A stretch of DNA of 55,155 nt, filler included, from Sphacelaria rigidula (taxonomy: Eukaryota): the NCBI GenBank assembly GCA_964200075.2. It is 5 parts of 5 records of this genome, joined end to end, with 100 filler letters (N's around TTAATTAATTAA, not from the genome) between each part and the next. Parts side by side here need not be neighbours in the genome. Positions count along the whole stretch, not along the records: positions 33,155 to 44,105 come from CAXNAA020005633.1; positions 44,206 to 55,155 come from CAXNAA020005634.1; 3 more parts are not named here. One strand, 5' to 3'. The notes beneath the pieces were generated by a model. It worked only from the letters and a program-made list of their open reading frames with translations. It did no database searches and had not been told where the DNA came from. Below, piece after piece: positions 36,512 through 48,188 of the stretch; position 1 is the stretch's first letter; each line of letters opens with the position of its first letter. Both the position numbers and the translations under genes were made by a program.

Positions 36512-36854
36512 GGTTGCCCCGGTGGCTCACTTGGTGGCCTCGAAACCTTCTGACAGTTGGGTCTTGGCTTTGAATCCCGGTGCAGTCACACGATCTGGGA
36601 TTTTTTCTCACACGATGCCCGGCAGTACACAAAATTCGACTCTACGGTCGACGAGGGAAAGGGGCTGCTGAGCCCCTTTCGCGATAAAAATAAGGCAAGC
36701 ACCGCAGAAGCAAGGTGGAGTACTAAACCAAAACTGAAGATAAGAAACTCCTGTGTTGGCCTTCCTACTGTGTGACCCCGGCTGACACGCCCACATATAC
36801 CGAAAGGTGTAGACTGGCGTCCAGAATAGATGGGATAACAACACACACACACAC
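36512..36854 (+). mobile_element. Same SINE family, full copy
   Basis: GGTGGCTCACTTGG...ACCTTCTGAC...GAATCCCGG head, same body, (CA)n tail. Confidence 0.85.
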
Positions 36855-37735
36855 GAGTCGGCTGCCCTTGAAACAACAAAAAACACAATTTCCGGATTAC
36901 CTGCAAGTACATTCTACGGCGATTTCTATTTCCTAAGGATCTGGCTCGCACGATACATGGTTATGGCAACTCTTTCTACTCAGGTCCCGGCCTCTCTCTC
37001 TAATACAGGCAAACACAGTTAATTATCACAGTTTCCGCTGCCGGAGACGATAGTCTACAGACATTATCCACATTCATACTCCCGTGTTGCTTAGAGCGAA
37101 GGTATACCCCATGAGCCAATCTTCAAATTGTGATGCCCACGTAAGGTACTTCAACCCAAAATTTGGGGCACATGAATATACTCGTGTACACAGTAAATAT
37201 ACATGGACACGTCCTTCACATCCCCTACACTGATCGAACAAGTACTTGCGGGACAAACAAACGATGGCCAGAACACTTCTGGCAACTACGTTCACAAGAC
37301 ATATAAATTTGGTCCCCATTGGCTTGAAAAATATATATATTAGCTGAAACGTTCACGTTGCTCCCGCAATCACCTGGCGTGAGTCCAATTGAGTTTGGAG
37401 AACAAGTCCGACTGATGACGCACCCATCCTTAGAATTACAGTCTACAAATCGAATAACTCATTTTTCTGAATACTCATCCAATAGCACTCAACAACCTGT
37501 CGACTTGGGCAGTGCTGCCGTGAAGGAAGGCTATGGATGCGGTGGAGTGGCCCGAAACGGCGTTCCTCAGGCAAACATGGGCGACGAATGGCAGCTCACC
37601 GTGCAAAAACAGCCGCGGCATCGACCGCCTGGATCTCACGCGGCGGCTGAGCACGCCCAACACCAGGCTTCCCACCGTATTAGCTCGTGCTCTACCCTCT
37701 CCCCGAAAATTACTTGAATGATCCAAGCAACACGT

Positions 37736-38039
37736 TTACTTGCTACACGTAGTAGGGGGAAGGAAGCGCCAGCGTTCACTGAAAGTAGAATTGCACACGA
37801 CGCTTGGTCGGTTAACGCGCTCCACCTCGCCGGTTATCCCGCACATCATGTCTTGCTGGAATACCTGTTGTGGAACACACATTGCGTGGGCACGTCCTCT
37901 TTGGCTGACAAATTTAGGGCGATTCCGATATGAAACACCGTTTCCCGCCTCAACACGGATCTGTGAACAGCAGGAAGGCTTGGTGAGGCAATGCACTACC
38001 AGGTAGCGAAAGATTATTGTTTCTGATACTTCGGTGTAC
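37736..38039 (-). CDS. Possible terminal exon of the ankyrin gene
   Basis: tatcag|G TAC.. completes the split Arg codon (..ALC R|YTEVSE..); open to the stop at 37736. Confidence 0.4.
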
Positions 38040-38244
38040 CTGATACACGAAGGTGCCACAACAATTAAAACGACACAAGGCGACCATTCTACAGTGGTGA
38101 GAAGAATAAAAAACAATAGGAAAGGAGACGCTGTCTTCTTTTTCTGACAAGTTCAGGGAGAATTGTGAAAAATCAGCTCAAGTGGGTCGTTGGAATTGCC
38201 GTGCTGACACTTCTGCTCCACACGAGAGAAAAATCGCCTCTCAC

Positions 38245-39679
38245 CTGCACAAGGCTCGCATGATGGACTGCTTCCCACGTAGCCCCCGCCTGCGGGGTGG
38301 CAATGTCAGCTCAACACGCGCACCACCCTGCACCCTCCCCAATTCCTGGCATGCGATCGACTGCCATCCCCAGGAGACCGCACGGAAAGCAGGCCCCCTT
38401 GCGAGGGTGCGTCGAATATCATCAGTGATCTCGGGACTAAGTGGTTTCATACCAAATTTTGCAAGGGGTCCTTTACATCTAGCGTCACCAATTTTCTGGC
38501 ACGGAGGGTCACAATTTTTGTCTCTCACAGTCTCGTCCGCCGAGAGCTGTAACAGAGTACGAACTGCCTTTGAATGGCCGAATTCCACCGCTCCGAAAAG
38601 GGGAGTGAGGCCGTCCGGGCCGAATGCCTTCGAAGGATCTTGCCCGATGCTGACGAGGAATCTGAAAGACGATACAGCAATGGACGGCCACAGCGGTTTC
38701 TCCTTACTGAACAATAACCATCATCCCTCTACAGAAAACATGCATCGTCGCGCCCCCGTCGGCAGACTGGTAGGGCAGCAATATTCTAGGTGCATTTTTC
38801 TTGTGTTTCAATTTCACCAGTACACACTCTGCGGACTTGTTTCACACGCACCGTCCGGAAAGGTGACAGCATGAGTTGCCAATATATTTCAATGAAAACC
38901 ACTTCAGCGCTCGACAACAACTTCTCGGTAAGTAGTGCGAGAGAGATAAGTTTGATCCCGAATGATACGGGCTCTCTCTTAGGCAAGAGATTGAAGTACG
39001 AAAAATATAAGAAAAGTTGAGAACGATTCTCACGCGTGTTTCGAGGCTCTGTTTTTTTGAAGCTCTGTTTGATCGTAGTAGGTGGGAAATCAACGCACGT
39101 CGGAGCTAAAAGAAGCGTGTATATTTTATGAAAAAATCCGCACGAGATTTGTACGGGTGAGTACATGGTCGAGGAGGAAAACACACTCTCAATCGGCGCT
39201 CCGCAAAGCGCGCGATGAAGCACACACATGTCCAGATCAAATTGGCCAAGGAGGATTGATCATGACGTGCTACCTTGGCACCGACGACTGGGTCGCTTCC
39301 AAAGAAAAGGCATCCCGAGTATGATCCCCCGAGCAAAGTTAGCCCTGAACAGTACGGCCGAGGTAAGGTCTAGCTAGGGATAGGACCATACTATCTATAA
39401 TAGCACGAGGACTCGCGACGGTTGTGCTGTGCCTCGTCAAAACAATTAAGGAAACACCGTACAGAGGGGCGAGGATGCGCCCTATGCCCCCTCTTACCTG
39501 ATGACTGCAACATGCCCGCCGCTTGATGCCGATATAAGGGGAGTAATTCCGCTTTCATCTTGTGTGTCTACGCGAGCTCCCGCTCTGGCAAGGAGAGCCA
39601 CGGACTTCACTTTGCCGCAGGTTGCCGCGATATGCAAAGCGGTTTGTTCACATGGATTTCTGGCATTCATATCCGCCCC
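38245..39679 (-). CDS. Ankyrin-repeat protein, 3' exons (5' exons not found)
   Basis: Exons 39679-39498 (GADMNARNPCEQTALHIAATCGKVKSVALLARAGARVDTQDESGITPLISASSGGHVAVI), 38785-38708 and 38661-38245 (GLTPLFGAVEFGHSKAVRTLLQLSADETVRD...IRRTLARGPAFRAVSWGW); GT-AG and phase-compatible. Confidence 0.85.
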
Positions 39680-42600
39680 CTTTGGCAATAGGCAAAAGAA
39701 CGCACGGGGGTTACGAACGCGCAGGTTTCGGATGCAATAGTTGGATGCGCTCTCTCTCCACGAAACAGGTGAAGTTAGACTGGAGATTCCATGCTACGTC
39801 TGGGAATGAGTGGGTGCGTGACAGCCTGCACGTGTGTATGAACATTTGTCGTGGACCACGACAGAAGAGGGAAATCCAATCATAACACACTACAACCACC
39901 ACTTGCACAAATACGCAACCGTGGGTACCGACGAGTGTTGCGGCGAAAACAAAACCACGGTTAGGGCAATAGGACGTGGTGCCAGCACCCGAAAAAGTAC
40001 TCCACTCTCATTCCCCTGCGCGTTTGGATCGGGTAGCAGAGGCTGGACGCAGCCTCTTCGCGCTAGATAGGTGACCACGTTTCCCAGGCGGGGATGGGGT
40101 GGAGGCTGAACTTGCTCCGTTTCAGGCCGCACTCAATGCTACCGTACTAGTGCATGCTGCTGCAGCAGACGCCACAAATCAGGTACGCCCACGAAGCTGT
40201 GAGTGAAGTATTTGAAAGATTGAACGCGCGCGTAGCGAACGAGATTCGAATACGGACATGCATGATCCAGCATGCGACGCATCCGTCCTTTGCCCCGCTC
40301 TCGTCGCAGACACGCTTAATTGTGATTGATTGTCGCGCTTCAACTGACGTGTGGAATTTGCCAACATGCATTTACTTGATGCCGGAAGAAGGGCGCAAAT
40401 TACGGTCCGGCGTCACGTGCGTCGAACCGAGACACAAGCGCAAGGGACCGGGAGTGAAAACACAGTAATGCTACCATCTTTTCCTGGCTGCTCTTTTGCA
40501 GCAGGCACAAAAAAACAAACAAACTCGTATTCGTCTCTTACAAAAACTTGCACATGACTTCAAACTCTAGCATGCACCGCGCAAAGTTTGTCTTCTCAAC
40601 CCGAACATGTGAAGGTTTCACACCTCAGTGTGACAGTGTTCATATCGACCAACAACTCACGCCGTGTTATATCCATATTCGTATCGAAAGGTAGGACGTG
40701 CAGGCTCGGGCCGTCTTAGTCGGTATCGGCGAAGTACGAACACTCTGGCGTGAAAACCAAAAATTTCGGGAAATCGCCGGTGATAGTATTCACCGATCAG
40801 CAATCGGTGCTAATAATTGCATGTCGGTCGATGAGCAATCAACTGGTGACCATATCGGCGAAACACACAACCCAGTCAGCAATTGTATGCCATGAGTTGT
40901 CAGCCTTCCTACTGACCACTGTCCCTACTGACCACTGTCCTTCAATGGGTGTTGTCTGTTGCTGCAACACATGCACTCGCAGCGGTGTCGACAGACTCGC
41001 AGTATAGCAGCCAGCCTGCAAAGAGCACCCTAAAATACATTTTTTCTCTGGGATGCTGTTGCTCTGTGGTAGCAAACAAAGTGGAAACGTTCGCGGCCCA
41101 CCTCACACTGCTAAATGCTGTGTAATGTACGTACAGTTGTGTATTCGCCAAGAGTTAGACATAGCCAACGAAAAGGTTGTTATTTCTTATCCACCTGTGT
41201 CTTATCCTGTTACCCAATTGGAACTTTATTTGGTTCACGAGAAAAAAATCGGTCGGGAAACGAGCCACAGTTTCTCAACAGGAATGTTCTCCACTGCAGG
41301 TGCCCTCTGTAGAGGCAAAACATACCAGTGAAAATATTGAGGACGCAAACCATGTGATGCAGAATCAGCTGGTGAAATTTGAAAGGGGATAGAGTACTTT
41401 GGTGTATGAAAGCTACAAGTAAAACACGAAGAGATGGATCATCCGCATCGAAAAACTGGCTGAATCAGCAACGGTCAACCAAGCATACAGCTCAACGTGG
41501 ACCTTTTCTCTCGCTTTTCTTCTCTACACTCAGAAGCGCACGGTTTGGCTTAGTAGGAGAACGTCCTGAGCCCGTGACGTCCCATCTATGTGGTGATCCT
41601 TGCGGTTTGGGATTGCGTGCAATGGCGGTATAACAGATCGTTGCTACAAAAAAGCGCACCGATTTGAGTGACCCCAAGAAGTACATAAAACAAGTATTTC
41701 ACAGTTGTTGACCCACTATGGTAGAGCACCCTCAACGCGGCAGCCTTTGCAACACACCAAAACCTCCATGGTGGGAATCCCGCGCATGTAGTTCCATGAT
41801 TCAAGTAGAAAGCATAACGCCTCCCAGAAAGTGTGGGTGTGAAAAGTGCAGGCGGTCGCAGTTCGTATAATAGGCAGCATGGCTTGTTTGATCACGAATC
41901 GATTGCCATATGCAGCACGACGCGCTCAGCTGATGGCATCACTAGGGTAGATTGCCCTGTGTCCAGGGTGCTCCCAATTTCAATTTATTTCGGTGTTTGC
42001 GACGTTGCGGTCTTTGATTGCGGCGGTAAAACCGGAGCGGTCTCGGCTGAGCCCTCGTTAGAAGTGGATCTAAAATGGAGGTCTGCTGCACGGACCCGAG
42101 GTATGGTGACGTGTCGTTGCACGGAAGCGTGAAGTTGTTTTAAAGTATGCATCATGTTCGTGTTATCGCCGTCGCCCTACATTCGCAAGGGCGCGAAGCG
42201 AGTCAGCGCTGAGACGCGAGCCGTTTCCCGGCGAATCCCCGCTAGGTCGTCTCGCACTACTGTAGTCTCAGCCACCACCATGCCTGTTTTAAAGTACACG
42301 TACAGGATTTGCTTCCCGGTATGCCACAGACTATGAGTTGCAAACCGCTGTTTCTAGGGCAGACAGGAGACAGCGTCAAGCAGGTGCTCGCTGGGCCGAG
42401 GGGCCACATATCGGGAAATGACGCCCACCAGGTCGCCCAAACCTCATTCTGGGGCCGTGGGAGGGAAGTGGGGGGGAACCCCCGGGTACCTCCTATTTGA
42501 GGAGGGGGGGTACCCCCCTGATCGATGGATGATGGCGATAGTAGTTGCTGTGTGTGCGCGTGCGCATCGGTCTTAAAAAACACATCCATGTGTTTAAAAT

Positions 42601-42983
42601 ATGCTCCTTGCTGCTGTGTTCGACACTGCATACCAACCGCAGCGTGACGCGTTCGGCGGTACTACCTGCTCACTGCACAGCGGCAGGGTGCAGGGTGACA
42701 AAGCACACCGCAGCACGTGACATTCATAGCCTATCCATGTCCTGTATTGATTTTGCGCTGTCCTATGCAGTTCGCCACATATTGAACGCAGCCGCTTGTA
42801 CCTGCAGCCAATGTGTACGCGGGATATCACCCCTCACTACGCGCTATATCGCTACGCAACATTTTGAAAAGCTGTCCGTGTTGCAGCTGCAGCATGCGTT
42901 TGCCCCAGGTGGCGCATGCAGGAGTGAAAGACCGCCTCCGCCGCTGTATGTATCTTGAGCGAAGCTGTATGGTAACAAAGCCA

Positions 42984-43060
42984 CGGCTGGTGCGCCCACA
43001 TATACCGAAAGGTGAAGACCGGCGTCCAGAATAGATGGGACGACCACACACACAACACAC
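42984..43060 (+). mobile_element. Same SINE family, 3' fragment
   Basis: GCGCCCACATATACCGAAAGG...GGCGTCCAGAATAGATGGGACGAC plus CA tail. Confidence 0.85.
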
Positions 43061-44105
43061 TGTGCGCAGTAGACTTTTAACGTCGTGTTCGTCCTGACTG
43101 TAGAGATCGTTGTCCATCGTCTGGTGCATTTCCATACGTAAATGTATGTAATGTTATTCAGTAAGATCGTGAAAAAATCCGAAACATCTGGGCGAACTGC
43201 AGGTGAGGCAATCGCCGAAATATTCACCTGCAAACTTTGCGTTTTGGACGTACACTAGGCTTTCCCTTTCGCGTTGTTGGTTTTGGGGGGAGCCATCTTT
43301 GTTTAAGACGTGGATGGAAGAGTGACGAGAAGTGTGACGAGGAGTGGGCTGCAGGGCGCCGGGAAAGAGAGATGAATGAAAAGGGGAATTCTTGTTCATT
43401 AGATGGACGAAGAAACAATCAAGTTTTGTACAGGTTGACCCCGGTACTGTACTCCACGACAAACTCGTTCATGCCCACCCTCCCTTCCCTGTTTCTTGCC
43501 TGTTTTGCATGAAGAAAATCATTCATGCTTGTTTCCCAAAATGAAAATTGAAACGATATCTACCTTTCCGACCCGAAAACACTCCCAGCGAAGTTGCTTC
43601 AAACGGGGGCGGGGGGCGAAAAGTACCGCTTCACGTAGATTACGTTTTCAACTTCCACTACCTCAATGTTGGTTATTACTTTTAGCCACACCACGTCCAC
43701 AACATCCCTTTGCAACCTCTCCCTGTATTTTGTCGTAGTTCAGTATGATGGCGACATGGAGATATACGCACGGCCGATCACTATCGTTGCAGACATCGGC
43801 AGCCGGGACTCACTCTGCCATTCTCGTACAGGGGCACCGAGTAGGGGTTTTAAAGTGAGAAAATATAGAAAAAACGGGTCGAGATAGTGTCGTGTCATTG
43901 TCGCAGTTCAGAATGACGGCGACATGTAAATATACGCTCGGCCCATCACTGTCGTTGTAATGTACCCGCCTGCGAGGGGGCACCACACGCTGGGCGTTCT
44001 CACTCAAGACTTCGATTTGGAGCATGATACTAGATGTAGATCATCCTTGTACATGGGCACCAAACGCTGGGCGTTCTCACTGAAGAGTTTGATTTGGAGC
44101 ATGAT

Positions 44106-44205
44106 NNNNNNNNNNNNNNNNNNNNNNNNNNNNNNNNNNNNNNNNNNNNTTAATTAATTAANNNNNNNNNNNNNNNNNNNNNNNNNNNNNNNNNNNNNNN
44201 NNNNN
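44106..44205. other. Artificial contig linker
   Basis: Identical to 10953-11052. Confidence 0.97.
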
Positions 44206-44391
44206 GGGACTGTTGAACCCCTCTCGCGATAAAAAATTAAAAGGCAAGCACCACAGAAGGAAGGTGGGGTGCTGAAAACAAAAAAGAAGCATTTATATTG
44301 CCCTTCCCCCTGTGTGACCCCGGCCGGTGCGCCCACATATACCGAAAGGGGTAGACCGGCGTCCAGAATAGATGGGACGACAACACACACA
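44206..44391 (+). mobile_element. Same SINE family, cut by contig start
   Basis: Body and tail as in 7008-7380. Confidence 0.85.
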
Positions 44392-44570
44392 GTACACGAA
44401 TAAATTGAGCTGTTTCTGGCATCGGGCCTGCAGAGTACCGCATACACGGGAGGGGCAGGTAGAGCACATGCCTCCATCAAGCTTCGCCTCCTCGCAACCC
44501 TTGCCCACTTAGCATGCTCACGTACAACATTCGGTGGTCAACGAAACCGCGCCTTTCGAGTATACCACAC

Positions 44571-44882
44571 CTTTTCCCAGAGGGTGGCCAGCATGGCAGT
44601 TGATGCGAAGACGCCAGGGACAAGCACCACCAGTCGCAGGAACATGTCCTCCTCCTCTTCACCCAAACAAACCAGACTCACGGACAGGACGGAAAACAGC
44701 GACGTCTTCGACGGATCGTCGGCGATGTCAGTGTCCACCTGCAGGCCTCGGCGCGTTGCTTTCTTCTTCTTTATCTCTACATGCAGCTCGTGCCAAGACG
44801 AGGCACAGTTTGGATTGTTGATGCGCGGGAGCGACCCTGCAATAGCTAGCGCCAAGGCCAGACGCCCGCATTCCTCAGCAAC
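44571..44882 (-). CDS. NB-ARC gene exon (helical domain/winged helix)
   Basis: aaatag|VAEECGRLALALAIAGSLP...MLATLWEK|gtgtgg, 104 codons. Confidence 0.9.
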
Positions 44883-46714
44883 CTATTTACAGCAGACATC
44901 GCGTGAAAGGACGCGAACATAGGCAGTGGACACAATCCAGCGAGACGAGTGGGAATCGGCACCGTATCAAGACATCGGCCACCGAGACAACGCGGTTCAC
45001 GTGTAAATCGGAACATACTTGCGTCAATCAAGCATGTTTGCCGTCATGATATGAGGATGTCTAGCACCTCTCAAATGCTTCATGAATAAGTGGTCATCAT
45101 ACGTACCTTGTCAGCCTCCCTCTCCGGAAGTACCACTGCGCCGCTCTTCGATTTAAGCAGCTGCCGCGCTTCATCCTGGCTTACACTCCCCACCTCCGTG
45201 CACCCTCCCTCCATGGCAACTACTGTGCGGACACGCGTAGTCACCAACAGTCGAAGTCCTGTGGGCACCAGCAGATCCACAACGTCACGTTGCCACACAT
45301 CGTCCACCACAACCAAGCGGGGCAAGTTGTCCTCTGCAACGGCTGCAGTCAAGCTCCGCACCGCCTCGTCCTCACTGTTGAAGTTGCGGGAACCCATGGG
45401 AGCCACGATCATCTTGGCGGCTAAGCCCTCGAGGAGCGCTAGACGTTGATTCTCACCAGCCCGTCCTACGCTAAGCCAGAAGATTCCTCCTCGAAAGTGC
45501 TCTCTTGCGTCTCGATTGCGGACGACCGAAGATGCCAGCACTGTCTTCCCCGCTCCCCCCATACCAAATAACACGTACGGAGCACTGCTAGCATTAGCCG
45601 CAGTGAGACTAGAAACCACCTCCGACACCAGATCAGAGCGCTCCACGTAGCCTGAAGGGCTCGACCGCGCTTCAGTGGGGATATTCGCCAAACCTCCTGG
45701 CACAGAAGGTTGCGTCACCATCGTGCGTGTAGCGCGGGCATCCGCAGCTACAGAAAGAGCGGCGGCGCTCGTTGCCGTGGCAAGTATTTCCTGTAGAGTC
45801 GTCCTGTGTGTTTCGATCTTGGCTCTGTCTCTGGCATGCAGAGACGACCTTCGCAAAGGCAACCAACAGCACACCTTGGCGTCGAACTGGTTGGCGGTGT
45901 CGTGGATGTTGGTGATCTCGACTGTAACACGCTGCAAAGCGGTCTGGATGTGAGCGGGTAGCTCCGGCGCACGGACGTTGTCCAGTACGATGCTCGTAAT
46001 CGAAATACAATAGCTCAGGAGATCCAGCAGTTCTTCCCGTGCAGCGGTCGCTCCTCTAACAACCTCGAACAGAGATTTAAGGACGACACACGCGGGCGTC
46101 ACAGCGTCCATGTTAACCGCATCCACCAGTAGACTTAACCCCTCGATGACTACCCGAGTGGCAGTCTCTCCAGCCGTAGCCTCCGCTGTCTCTGCCCGAA
46201 GAAGAACAGCTTCGTACCATGGCCTATTATCTTCGATGGCCCTAGACGTTCGCTCTAGTGCCTGCAGGACGGGACGAACAGCATGTGCCATGAGGTGGAC
46301 GGGACAGCAGGTACAGAACGTTTTCCTCTGTTTCGATTATGACAATCGGTAGCTCAGCACGAGACTCATGCAGAAGGCCCCAGCCTAGAGGAGACACCAA
46401 CAGATATACAGCCTGGGCTCACACCATCTTCCCCCGCTTGTGCATTTTTGTGGTGGAGGCCTTGGTTATTGGTATTGATCTCTATTTCAGTTTTTCTCGT
46501 GGATTTCAGGCTTTTCCAGAGTGAAATTATAAACAATTTCAGCCTCCTGCGCCGGCTTGTCTAAAAGACAAATTCTCAGCCTAGTAGTGATGTTCACACG
46601 CCCCGTAGGTGTCTGCTTCCACGTCGCACCCACTGCAATGGTTCTCAACATACTTGGTATCTGACTGTCGTTCCTCACCTGGACCTGAGTGCCCACGATG
46701 GCCTGGGATGCCAT
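44571..46714 (-). CDS. NLR-like STAND ATPase: N-terminal helical domain plus NB-ARC; 3' part lost at contig end
   Basis: Model 46714-46679, 46261-45107, 44882-44571, all phase 0; Walker A GMGGAGKT, FRGGIFWLSVG, Walker B LVVVDDVW, LLVTTR, GLPL-like CGRLALALAI, helical/winged-helix LSVSLVCL..MFLRLVVL..LATLWE. Confidence 0.92.
45107..46261 (-). CDS. NB-ARC gene main exon (alternative start at ATG 46291)
   Basis: 385 open codons, ctgcag|GCA ... AAG|gtacgt. Confidence 0.93.
46679..46714 (-). CDS. Candidate first coding exon of the NB-ARC gene (MASQAIVGTQVQ)
   Basis: acaATGG start context, CAG|gtgagg donor, in phase with the acceptor at 46261. Confidence 0.55.
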
Positions 46715-47561
46715 TGTCGCGCCTTGAAATAAAAATCGTAGCAGGCAGCAGTCACGTCCGACAAAAAACAGACGGAGGTGGCGTCAGCCGACCGTCTCAA
46801 CGTTTAGTGACAATGTGCTGCTGCCGCGCTGGTCTATGATCGGCCTGTCCAACCTTTCCCCACCCTGCACAAAATTAAATAATTTGATGAAAGTCGACAG
46901 ATTAGGGGCGTGCTGATCCAAAACTCGCTTGATCATACTTGCAAAGCAACTGTGGGGGGAGGGGTTAACGAATCGCTCCTGTGATGGGCTTGTACCGACT
47001 CATGGCGAGGGATGAAAGTATATATAAGCCGCGAACAAAATGGCCACAAGATCAAACAACGGACAAACAGTGATCCACGTCCAACAGTAGAAGCACCGCG
47101 CCGGAACGCACAGCTCAAAACAGCAGAGCAGAGCAGAGCAGAGGAGAACACGGCACAGCACAGTACCAACGGGTGCACGTATATCACTTACCGTTTTTTA
47201 CAAGAATATCGGCACACCCATCGGTACCAAAGACGTGTGCTTCGCTGCAGCATCATGATTGCCTGATTGCGGCTAGTGAGCGGCCCACGACCACGCCTGC
47301 ATCATGGTATATACTTGTTCCAAGTATGATGACGCATCCAACGGCCAACATTCTCAACCCACGACGAGCTGGGCCAGTCGAGATTCTTCTTTTTTCAACG
47401 TTTTCGTGCCAGGCGGTTGGTAATTTCAAGAGTTTGGCGCTGGCATTTCGACGACATTCTCATCATCAACACGCGCAACATTTATCGAAGGTGCCAGCAA
47501 CAAAACAAAAAAAAACTGAAAGCTGAACCTACTCGAAGTTTCAGCAAAAACAGGGAAAATG

Positions 47562-47986
47562 TATAAAAGAGCCTGGATTCGTTATTGAGGTTCAACATTT
47601 TAGTGAGTTTCAACTCGAAAACGGTGCTTTCCCTGACCTGAAGTCATGACCTGTGAATTTCTTATGGACGACCTCATGCCCCCCGACCTTCTTGAAACTA
47701 TTTTCGGGGGTTGCCCGTATTCCGTGCCCCCAAAGCGTATGTGCGAAAACACCAAATTTGGGCTTAAAACGTCCCCTTTTTCGCCTTGATATCGAGGCTG
47801 AAAAGGTGTTTTCGCACATACGCTTTGGGGGCACGGAATACGGGCAACCCCCAGAAAAAGTTTCCAGGAGGTCGAGGGGCATGAGGTCGTCCATGTATAG
47901 ATCATGACATCTGGTCAGGGAAAGCACTGTTTTCGAGTTGGAACTCTTTCAAATGTTGAACCTCAATAACTAATCCAGGCTTTTAT
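47562..47986. mobile_element. Fold-back MITE family C (~425 bp)
   Basis: TATAAAAGAGCCTGGATT ... AATCCAGGCTTTTATA; inner arms TTGCCCGTATTCCGTGCCCCCAAAGCGTATGTGCGAAAACACC perfectly inverted. Confidence 0.92.
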
Positions 47987-48121
47987 AACTCCGTGTAAAT
48001 TAGAAAATACGGCCGCACCCCCCTCGCACGCCGCGGGCACTTGCGTGCAGGAGATCCCGGTAAACGTTCGGCCGAAAATACCCAAAATGGACGCAGCCGG
48101 GCATTTTTCGTGTGACACCGC

Positions 48122-48188
48122 TGCGCCCCTTTAATCCAAGTGATATAGGGGACTCCAGTCATGGAGGTCACGAGTTCGAATCCCGACA
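48122..48188 (+). other. Degenerate tRNA-like head (probable SINE remnant, not a functional tRNA)
   Basis: B-box-like GAGTTCGAATCCC and stem CTCCA-GTCA-TGGAG; no complete cloverleaf. Confidence 0.35.

Noticed and set aside
38182-38874. 230-aa plus-strand ORF
   Set aside because: Antisense shadow of the ankyrin exons
43154-43230. FFHDL as the NB-ARC MHD motif exon
   Set aside because: It is on a different contig, is followed almost immediately by a stop, and has the wrong context
38245-44882. NB-ARC-ankyrin fusion gene (same strand, compatible phase-0 exon ends)
   Set aside because: The two lie on different contigs separated by an artificial linker, and the expected MHD-like exon is not seen between them
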